From a virus (lineage: Duplodnaviria; Caudoviricetes), in IMG/VR virus record IMGVR_UViG_3300011402_000008, positions 1 to 34,658 of that record: DNA of 34,658 nucleotides; one strand, written 5' to 3'. A model generated the notes under the pieces. That model was not told the origin of the DNA, searched no databases, and saw only the letters and a list, made by a program, of their open reading frames with translations. This document shows, in pieces, positions 19,922 to 26,930 of the stretch. The position numbers and the translations under genes were made by a program. Every line of letters begins with the position of its first letter. Positions within the stretch are counted from its first letter, which is position 1.

Positions 19922-19987
19922 AGAAAAATGCTGCACAGCAACAAAGGCTGCAAGATGGTACATTGCAGACTTCGCTACTGTGCAGCA
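19922..19987 (-). terminator. Long hairpin plus U-tract (terminator or processing site of the leftward early transcript)
   Basis: Minus-strand RNA UGCUGCACAGUAGCGAAG-U-CUGCAA-(9-nt loop)-UUGCAG-C-CUUUGUUGCUGUGCAGCA-UUUUU; the G-U wobble pairs work only on the minus strand. Confidence 0.65.
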
Positions 19988-19993
19988 AGTTGT

Positions 19994-20185
19994 CTATCTG
20001 CTAGTTCTCCTAACGTCCAGCATCGTGGTTGCTGCTTTCGGGTGCCTCGGCGCAATGCCTAACAGCACCCAATGTGCAGCATGAAAGCTCCACCCTCTTT
20101 TCCGCAGATACCTAGCAGCATGATCTATCCCTTTCACGCTAGCTAGAGCCTTTGCTACTCTGATTTGCTCTGCTGTGCTGTCCAT
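19994..20185 (-). CDS. Hypothetical small basic protein
   Basis: 63 aa, between the 236-aa gene and the terminator hairpin. Confidence 0.5.
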   Translation of the reverse strand: MDSTAEQIRVAKALASVKGIDHAARYLRKRGWSFHAAHWVLLGIAPRHPKAATTMLDVRRTSR

Positions 20186-20197
20186 GATGGCATTGTC

Positions 20198-20908
20198 TTA
20201 GAGGTCATCGGCCTGCATGGAAACTTCCGACAGCTTGGCAAGCTTCTTAGCAATTGCCTTGCAGACCGTGGAGGACGTATCTTCCGGGCTGATGTAAGCC
20301 AACATCTTGACTGCAAGCGCGGGGGGAATGTTCGGATTGTTGCTTGCGAGAGACAGGTACTTCTCACGCAAAGCAAGTCCAAGTTTCTCCGCTGTGTCAG
20401 GCTTGGAAGCATACCGCGTTGTAGCATCCTGCTTGGTTTTGCTAGCGTCGTACCACGCGGCGATAGCATCTCCATTCAAACGCTGGCTAGTCTGCTGTGC
20501 CTGCATCTCTGTAACTACTGCGGCGAAAGTCAGCAAGGATGCATCTATCGTTGTTGCCGCTTTGTTGTCGTCACAGTAGCGGCGGAGAATGTCGCTCGCC
20601 GCAGCGTTGATGCATTCAGACAGCGCAACGCTGAAAACTTCCTCTGCATCTGTGATTTCGACTTCGTTACCTTCCACCGTCTTTTGGTACACGGCAGAGG
20701 GTGCAACGTATGCAGGCACACAAACAGCACGGTAAGAATCTGCCTCTGCTACTTTCTTGCGGCGGAAGAAAACTACTTGCTGTCCGGCCTCAAGCTTGGG
20801 TTCGCCCGCGTGGATGGTCAGGAGTACCACAGGCTTCGCAGCAGCTTGTTCTTGCGGCTCGCCTATCGTGCCTTCTGTTCCCTGCATTGCATTCATTACG
20901 GTATCCAT
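20198..20908 (-). CDS. Hypothetical protein (first leftward early gene)
   Basis: 236 aa with a strong AGGAG RBS; ends in QADDL. Confidence 0.75.
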   Translation of the reverse strand: MDTVMNAMQGTEGTIGEPQEQAAAKPVVLLTIHAGEPKLEAGQQVVFFRRKKVAEADSYRAVCVPAYVAPSAVYQKTVEGNEVEITDAEEVFSVALSECINAAASDILRRYCDDNKAATTIDASLLTFAAVVTEMQAQQTSQRLNGDAIAAWYDASKTKQDATTRYASKPDTAEKLGLALREKYLSLASNNPNIPPALAVKMLAYISPEDTSSTVCKAIAKKLAKLSEVSMQADDL

Positions 20909-21152
20909 CTGAACTACTCCTAGTAGTTAGTGAGGGGAGTAACTAGGGGCGACGTTGCAAGCTAGTGTGCTATGTTGCGACACACCTAATACAGTGCCTA
21001 GTCGCGTATTGCCTATGGCATTGCGGCCCCTAGTCTTAGGGTCAGAGGGTTTCAGTGTTCAGCCAGTCTTGCTGGCCCTTCCCTCTGGCGGCCTGCTATC
21101 TGCGTTGATCCCACTTCTACTCCGGCAGATACGGTTGACGCAAGTAAATAAG

Positions 21153-21168
21153 AGCAGGAACCATGCCA
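21153..21168 (-). promoter_or_regulatory. Sigma54-type -24/-12 promoter motif (leftward)
   Basis: Minus strand TGGCAT-GGTTC-CTGCT, against consensus TGGCAC-N5-TTGCW with correct GG-N10-GC spacing. Confidence 0.5.
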
Positions 21169-21209
21169 GCGGAGAAAAGCCAATAGAATCAATGGGGTTA
21201 GTTCTACGT

Positions 21210-21268
21210 GTGACAAATTCGGTCACTTTCGGTACAAATTTGGTCACATGAGTGACATTTATCGTCAG
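21210..21268. repeat. Three tandem palindromic sites GTGAC-N7-GTCAC at a 21-bp period
   Basis: GTGACaaattcgGTCAC (21210), GGTACaaatttgGTCAC (21231), GTGACatttatcGTCAG (21252). Confidence 0.7.
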
Positions 21269-21390
21269 TGTCAGAATCTCAGCAGGGTAAATAGCAATGA
21301 GTCGTATTTCCGGGCACACAGGCCGCACACCTATCTCTGTAAATGGTAAACAAAGATAACGTAAACAAGGGAGAGGATTCCTCTTGTGCA

Positions 21391-21690
21391 TGGTGTATGT
21401 TTGTGTAGCTTTGTGGCAGATGTTCCTTGTGTATGTGGCCCCCCTCTCCCCCTCTGCACATCCCTTCCCTGTAGTTAGTTTCTCCCCTTCGTATTATGTG
21501 TGGATACTCATTATGCTTCACTGTCTTTATCTCTACTACCTTCTTTTGTGAGTTTGAAATTAAAGAAGGGGTATAGATATACGGCAACAAAGGCAGATAG
21601 ATAGTTACTCAGGAATAGGGATAGGCAGGGACAGGGGGAGGGGGGTGGACACAAGGAACATCCACCACAATAGGCCACAAGGATACACAA
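21391..21690. repeat. Mirror-symmetric inverted arrays of TTGTG/CACAA boxes (candidate origin or terminus)
   Basis: TTGTG-like boxes at 21391, 21401, 21411 and 21427 are mirrored by CACAA ending at 21690, 21680, 21670 and 21654. 21411-21432 and 21649-21670 form a 20/22 inverted repeat. Confidence 0.75.
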
Positions 21691-21765
21691 AGGGAACCCA
21701 CCACCTTCCTGAGTAACTACCTTACCATCATATTACGTTGCACAGTCTCTAGCTGTGGGAGGGGG

Positions 21766-21781
21766 TGGCACGGTTCTTGCT
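21766..21781 (+). promoter_or_regulatory. Sigma54-type -24/-12 promoter motif (rightward)
   Basis: TGGCAC-GGTTC-TTGCT, an exact match to TGGCACG-N4-TTGCW, upstream of the early operon. Confidence 0.6.
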
Positions 21782-21792
21782 TGTGGTATCTA

Positions 21793-21801
21793 TGATATAC
21801 T
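21793..21801 (+). promoter_or_regulatory. Extended -10 sigma70-type promoter element
   Basis: TGaTATACT about 60 nt upstream of the first rightward ATG. Confidence 0.5.
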
Positions 21802-21860
21802 GGGCGAGTGCCCATAACTCACAACTCAGCAAACACAACTACAGAGGAAGGCAGAAAGTT

Positions 21861-22088
21861 ATGACAGGTATTCCGCAAGATGATTATACAGATGACGATG
21901 GAATTAATATCTGTCGCCACAACCAAATCAGCCACTTGTGCAAACAATGTGAAGCTGAATTTCAAGAGCTTGCAGACGTAAATGGTGGCATAGAAAAATG
22001 CCTCAACTGCGGCAAAATCAAATGGGGCGATCAACTTAATGAGCATCAAGTCTGCTCGAAAGGATGTGTAAACCCAAATGAATACTAA
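21861..22088 (+). CDS. Small Cys/His-rich (zinc-binding) protein; likely start MTGIPQ
   Basis: CRH..HLCKQC, CLNC and CSKGC motifs; AGGA RBS upstream. Confidence 0.55.
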   Translation: MTGIPQDDYTDDDGINICRHNQISHLCKQCEAEFQELADVNGGIEKCLNCGKIKWGDQLNEHQVCSKGCVNPNEY

Positions 22089-23142
22089 CCCATCTCAGCC
22101 TATTGGATACATTGCAGACGACACACTTGTGGCAGATAAATTTCACATGCCATTGATCTGTGCTCGTTCTGGTGTATTCATCGGTAAGTTCTATCCAAGC
22201 GTAGGACTTGCATCTACGCAAGCTTACGTTTCCGCATGGAAGGAAGCAGCATTCTTGCACCCAATCTTCAGTTGGAGTCTGGGGACGCTACTTCATCGCG
22301 CCGTGGCTTGCTGGAACTTGGAGAAAACAGGAACACGCCAGTATCCTATGCGCGAAAAACAACTCATGTTTCTCGCTATGCTCCATGCCTCTGGCTGCAT
22401 ACGTCAAGACATTGCAGCTCTCCCGTTACCAAAGGTAGTAGAGATACACTTTCCACGACTGATCGAATTGTTGAGCTGGAAAAACGACCAAGGAACTACA
22501 CGCCTTCAATTTCCTAAGCTTCACGTTTGGAAGGGCGCAGTTGGTGAAGATGAAAAGAATCCCTTTGGTAATGTCTTAGCATGGATTGCAGCTTGTGAGT
22601 CTGTGAGGGATGAATGGGAGAATCTAGTCCGGGAGGGCCAAAAGAAAGCCAAATCTCAGGCTCAGGCGCTTGCCATGCGTAACATCAAGCGCGCAATGTA
22701 TCAAGACATCTCTCTGCGGCGCCTTTGGAATTGGGTAACTACTCAGGTTCCGGGTTCCGTACTAGAGAGTAATGCTGATCTTCAGCAGCTTTTCTTCACT
22801 TCAGAAGATCAGATTCATGTTTGGACTGCTGAAGATATTGAAGCACTGGAAGATCTTGTAATCCAATACTGTGAGCTTGGTAATTCAGTATCCTTCGAAG
22901 TCATGAAGCGTACAAAAGAACTCATGACTTGGTTCCAAACATACTACGATACATTCGAAATAGTAATCAACACTGAAATGTTCTCTGCTCACAAGGGAAC
23001 TCCAGAACCAAAACAATCTGACTTTACTACCAAGGCTGAGTATCTTGTCACAATGGCAAGGTGGAAGCTTGGAAACAAACCTGCTGGTAGTGAGTCTGAA
23101 GTCAAAGAAAAGTCCCGTAAAATCACTGCGGAGGATTTGTAG
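22078..23142 (+). CDS. Hypothetical early protein
   Basis: 354-aa ORF overlapping the upstream stop; ends in ITAEDL. Confidence 0.75.
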   Translation: MNTNPSQPIGYIADDTLVADKFHMPLICARSGVFIGKFYPSVGLASTQAYVSAWKEAAFLHPIFSWSLGTLLHRAVACWNLEKTGTRQYPMREKQLMFLAMLHASGCIRQDIAALPLPKVVEIHFPRLIELLSWKNDQGTTRLQFPKLHVWKGAVGEDEKNPFGNVLAWIAACESVRDEWENLVREGQKKAKSQAQALAMRNIKRAMYQDISLRRLWNWVTTQVPGSVLESNADLQQLFFTSEDQIHVWTAEDIEALEDLVIQYCELGNSVSFEVMKRTKELMTWFQTYYDTFEIVINTEMFSAHKGTPEPKQSDFTTKAEYLVTMARWKLGNKPAGSESEVKEKSRKITAEDL

Positions 23143-23145
23143 CCC

Positions 23146-23256
23146 ATGAACGAAGATTGGATACTTTTTACAGGTGCCTTGTCAATCCTGCTCTTTATGT
23201 TGGCAGGGATGGCATGGCTTGCTGACTGGCTAGAAAGGAAATACCCTCATGGCTAA
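23146..23256 (+). CDS. Small single-TM membrane protein (36 aa, below the ORF-track cutoff)
   Basis: MNEDWILFTGALSILLFMLAGMAWLADWLERKYPHG; GGAGG RBS; overlaps the helicase start. Confidence 0.55.
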   Translation: MNEDWILFTGALSILLFMLAGMAWLADWLERKYPHG

Positions 23257-25561
23257 TGATAAACTTCTAGCTCTTATTGAGGAAGCTAGAAAGAAAGAAC
23301 GAGATAGGTTAACTGCTACTACTACTACCTCTGCTCCCATTCCAGTTCCTCACGCTTTGTCCGCAGATCAGATAGTTGAACAAGCTATTCTGGACGCTGA
23401 TCCTAACGCCTTCACATGGAATGCGGAACAGCACCGCGCCATTGAACTTGCCGTAACTGGTAAGAGTTTTAACCTTATCGGCGCGGCAGGCACCGGAAAA
23501 ACTACTACCGAACGTGAAATTGTGCGTCGCCTCATAGTAGATGAATGCGTACAACCACTCCAAAGTAGCACCAAGTACTTAGTGCAGGGTGTTCCCGGCA
23601 TCGTACTTACTTCTTTCACGCGCAGAGCAGTTCGTAACATGCGGAAAGTAGTAAGTGAAGATATGAAGAAGCACTGCATTACACTCCACAAACTCTTGGA
23701 GTATGAGCCTGTATTCTACGAGATTTGGGACAACGAAACGCAAAAGTACAAGAACACCATGCGTTTTGAGCCTATGAAGAATAAGAACAACAGATTGCCA
23801 GATGAAGTAAAGTGCATCATCATTGATGAATCGTCAATGGTAAGCACAGACCTTTTTCAGAAACTACTCGAAGCACTCCCCAACGTAAGCAAGGTGCAGT
23901 TCATTTTTGTTGGTGATCTTCATCAGCTCCCACCAGTTTACGGTCAAGCAATTCTAGGCTTTAAGCTTCTTTCCCTTCCTACTGTAGAACTTACTCATAT
24001 CTATCGTCAAGCAGCTAAATCTCCAATCATTGCACTTGCCCATAGAATGAAGAATGGTGAAGATATAGCTCTTGGCATTACCAATGAAAAAGTCTCTACA
24101 GAGCAAGGCACAGTAACACTGCGCCCGTGGAAGAAACCCCTTTCAGATTTTGACGCTGCATTTACAGCAAGTGCTTTTCTTAAGAAGTTAGTCTCAGAAG
24201 GTGACTACAATGAGGAAGAAGATATTATTCTCTGTCCGCAAGAAAAGACCAAAAATACTGCCTTTGGAACTAACGAATTTAACAGAATTATTGCTCAGGC
24301 ACTCGGGGATAAAAGAAACGCAGAAGTATTTGAAGTTATTGCTGGATACGAGAAACATTATCTCGCAGTTGGAGATAGGTTGCTCGTTGGAAGGGAAGAT
24401 GCTGTCATTAAATCTATCACTAAGAATTCCAAGTTCTGGGGAGGCAAGCATCCACTTAAAGCCTCTGTTGATCTTGATAGATGGGGACAGTACAGGAAAA
24501 AAGTAGAGCAAGAGATGGATGATACAGATGTAGATGCAATGCTTGATTCCTATACTCTCACTCCTGACGAGAAGGATGATGATAGGAAGCAAGAAGCATC
24601 ACACTGTATCCTTGTAGAACTACTTGACTCTGGAGTAGAAGAAACTATCTCAACAGCAGGAGAAATCAATGCTACACAATTTGCATACGCCCTCACTGTT
24701 CATAAAAGTCAAGGGTCAGAATGGAAGCGAGTATTCTTCCTTACTCATCAATCTCACGTTGTCATGTGGAATAGAGAACTCTTGTATACCGCGATTACTA
24801 GAGCGCGTGAAGAACTCTACATTATCTGTGAACCTGACAGAGCAGGAAAGCGCGGAACTCTCTGGAAGGCTGCAAAGTCTCCTAGAATCAAGGGGGATAC
24901 GCTTGCGGAGAAGGCCGAGTATTTCAAAGGACGACAAGAAGAATACGAAAGTAAGTACGAACCCCTAACTAATGCAGAAGCAGGACAACGAGCGTACAAG
25001 AAACCAGTGAAGGAGTCTGTACCTATTCCCAAGTTTGAGCCTGCGCCGGAACCTGTGAAACTCATAAAGCTGCATGAGTTTGTAAGTGCAGCCTTCAAAG
25101 CAGAAGCACAGGCAGCAATGGTGCAGTTTTGGAACAAAGCATTAGCAATCTGGGGCATGGATAGGATTGGCAAACTCCCCACATTGTCCTACAATCTACA
25201 ACGCAGCAAAGTTGTAGGGCTTGCTCGGATGAACTTCAACGAGATAGTACTTAACCCTCTCTGGTGCATCATGGCAGAGAGAAACGACAAGATCAAGCGT
25301 GAGATGCTAGTAGAAACAATGGGGCATGAGATTGCTCACTTGGTTGCTTGGCAGTACAGCAAAGAACGAGGGCATGAATCAGGATGGGTAATGGCAATGA
25401 AGCTTCTCGGTCTTACTCCTGATGTTACCGTAACCGACACTACTCTCCCTACTTGGGCGCAGATGTACCAAACATTTGCTACTGAGATAATGGCAGAGTT
25501 GCAAGCGAAGGGCGCAGATGTGGTAGATGATTACCAATCCAACTCTTTTGACGAGGTGTGA
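23249..25561 (+). CDS. RecD/Dda-like SF1B helicase with a C-terminal SprT-like metalloprotease domain
   Basis: GAAGTGKTT, TLHKLL, IIIDESSMV, VGDLHQLPPV, YRQ, AYALTVHKSQGSEW and LYTAITRA; C-terminal HEIAH...GHESGW. Confidence 0.9.
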   Translation: MANDKLLALIEEARKKERDRLTATTTTSAPIPVPHALSADQIVEQAILDADPNAFTWNAEQHRAIELAVTGKSFNLIGAAGTGKTTTEREIVRRLIVDECVQPLQSSTKYLVQGVPGIVLTSFTRRAVRNMRKVVSEDMKKHCITLHKLLEYEPVFYEIWDNETQKYKNTMRFEPMKNKNNRLPDEVKCIIIDESSMVSTDLFQKLLEALPNVSKVQFIFVGDLHQLPPVYGQAILGFKLLSLPTVELTHIYRQAAKSPIIALAHRMKNGEDIALGITNEKVSTEQGTVTLRPWKKPLSDFDAAFTASAFLKKLVSEGDYNEEEDIILCPQEKTKNTAFGTNEFNRIIAQALGDKRNAEVFEVIAGYEKHYLAVGDRLLVGREDAVIKSITKNSKFWGGKHPLKASVDLDRWGQYRKKVEQEMDDTDVDAMLDSYTLTPDEKDDDRKQEASHCILVELLDSGVEETISTAGEINATQFAYALTVHKSQGSEWKRVFFLTHQSHVVMWNRELLYTAITRAREELYIICEPDRAGKRGTLWKAAKSPRIKGDTLAEKAEYFKGRQEEYESKYEPLTNAEAGQRAYKKPVKESVPIPKFEPAPEPVKLIKLHEFVSAAFKAEAQAAMVQFWNKALAIWGMDRIGKLPTLSYNLQRSKVVGLARMNFNEIVLNPLWCIMAERNDKIKREMLVETMGHEIAHLVAWQYSKERGHESGWVMAMKLLGLTPDVTVTDTTLPTWAQMYQTFATEIMAELQAKGADVVDDYQSNSFDEV

Positions 25562-25806
25562 CAATGGTTGAGCCTTTAGTCAATAAACTTCATGCGGAAG
25601 AAGTGAAAGAATTAGAAAAAGCTGCTCGTGACTTCGAAGAAGGAGATACATTCTGTGAGGAAGATGGCGAATTCATTGGTACTTACGAATGCACAGCAGG
25701 GCCACCAATAGAATTGTCCATCCTTTACAAAGGCCACTGGTTTATTTACAAACTGGATAGAAAGGAGAAGTACGAAAATGACAATGAATCCACAAATGAA
25801 GGCTAG
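25558..25806 (+). CDS. Hypothetical acidic protein
   Basis: 82 aa; start overlaps the helicase stop. Confidence 0.5.
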   Translation: MTMVEPLVNKLHAEEVKELEKAARDFEEGDTFCEEDGEFIGTYECTAGPPIELSILYKGHWFIYKLDRKEKYENDNESTNEG

Positions 25807-26155
25807 GTTGGATATTGTGTGTGCTGAAGTAGCAACTCAATTCGAGACTACGCCCACAGTAATACAGCTATTCATTTCCTCAAATCTTCTAGCCACAAAG
25901 CTACTTGTGGTAGGAGACAACGCCGTTGATAAGAAGATGGACTTGCGAACTACCATGCGCCAGTGTGCAGAAGAACTCACAACACATCTCATTCAAGCAT
26001 GCCAATTTCTTGATCCTGTTTGGGATGCAAGCAAGGTACTTCAGGTGTACGATGTAGTAGGAACAAAGGTTCTGCCCATCGTTCGTTTCTTCTACTTTGG
26101 TATTCAAGAGAAAGATAGAAAGGATGAACAAGGAAAGATTATTGTTCCTAATTAA
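25778..26155 (+). CDS. Hypothetical protein
   Basis: 125 aa; AGGAG RBS. Confidence 0.6.
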   Translation: MTMNPQMKARLDIVCAEVATQFETTPTVIQLFISSNLLATKLLVVGDNAVDKKMDLRTTMRQCAEELTTHLIQACQFLDPVWDASKVLQVYDVVGTKVLPIVRFFYFGIQEKDRKDEQGKIIVPN

Positions 26156-26190
26156 TTGTACCCACCCCCTACGGCATGGGCGCGATTCCA

Positions 26191-26199
26191 TGCTATAGT
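26191..26199 (+). promoter_or_regulatory. Extended -10 promoter element
   Basis: TGcTATAGT in the intergenic gap upstream of the 220-aa gene. Confidence 0.5.
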
Positions 26200-26267
26200 G
26201 TCTGACCGGGCAAGCGTTTCATTTTGCCGGGGAAACTAAACCCTCTTAACAAGGATGCAAACCAGCC

Positions 26268-26930
26268 ATGCCTGAAAACGTAGTTGTTCTCCCAATTCCT
26301 ACTGAAGCAAAAGAAGTAGCTTTCCACTTCAAAAAGGAAAAGATTCGCAATCAAGCAAATGAAGTAATTGGAGAAGGTAAGAAACTTCCCTCGATCAAAG
26401 TTGCTGTTGAGCGTCCTAGCGCCGAGGGAGTTTTGGAGATCGTAAAAGCTGGTGGAAAAGAGTTGGACTTGCTGCTTGATGCTGCTGCGGATATTGTTAT
26501 TGACCGTGTTCGCGCCCTCATCAACGAAGTCCGCGCCAAGCTTCCTGATGGTCAAGAAATCAAGCCGGAAATGATTGACCTGTCGCAAGCATCTTGGTCA
26601 ATCATCGCCAATATTCCGAAAGCTGTTCGCAAGGGTCTTGGTATTTCGGATGAAGATTGGGAAGATTTTGCTGCTGACTACCGTGCTATCATGCCGGGAG
26701 TTACGCAGAAAGATGCTGACCGTATCGAGAAACATATCAAGTTGTTCAAAAGCAAGTATGCTCAGTGCCGGAATGACAAGAAAGCACTGGCTGTTCTTGC
26801 GGAGATGCTCGATGTTTGGGCTGCTAACACTGGCAGCATGGATGATAACCAAACTGTTTACGAGTATCTGAAAGGTCGTGCTGCTTCGCTGATGCAAGAA
26901 GAAGAGAAGGTGCTGGCAGAAGCACTGTAA
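26268..26930 (+). CDS. Hypothetical protein
   Basis: 220 aa with AAGGA RBS and its own promoter element; directly precedes the structured RNA region. Confidence 0.75.
   Translation: MPENVVVLPIPTEAKEVAFHFKKEKIRNQANEVIGEGKKLPSIKVAVERPSAEGVLEIVKAGGKELDLLLDAAADIVIDRVRALINEVRAKLPDGQEIKPEMIDLSQASWSIIANIPKAVRKGLGISDEDWEDFAADYRAIMPGVTQKDADRIEKHIKLFKSKYAQCRNDKKALAVLAEMLDVWAANTGSMDDNQTVYEYLKGRAASLMQEEEKVLAEAL

Noticed and set aside
20165-20923. 252-aa plus-strand ORF and the other long antisense ORFs (e.g. 6711-7328, 12246-12872, 32633-33112)
   Set aside because: Shadows of well-supported genes on the opposite strand, with no RBS and implausible C/R/S-rich composition
21060-21090. Cobalamin-riboswitch-like words (GGGAAGG, GCCAG, AGAC) on the minus strand
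   Set aside because: The upstream aptamer core is absent and the words fold into a local hairpin
21210-21268. matS sites or a CRISPR mini-array
   Set aside because: matS has a 3-nt spacer between GTGAC and GTCAC, against 7 nt here; the units are far too short and lack unique spacers for CRISPR
21499-21507. DnaA box TGTGGATAC
   Set aside because: A single 8/9 match is expected by chance and is not enough alone
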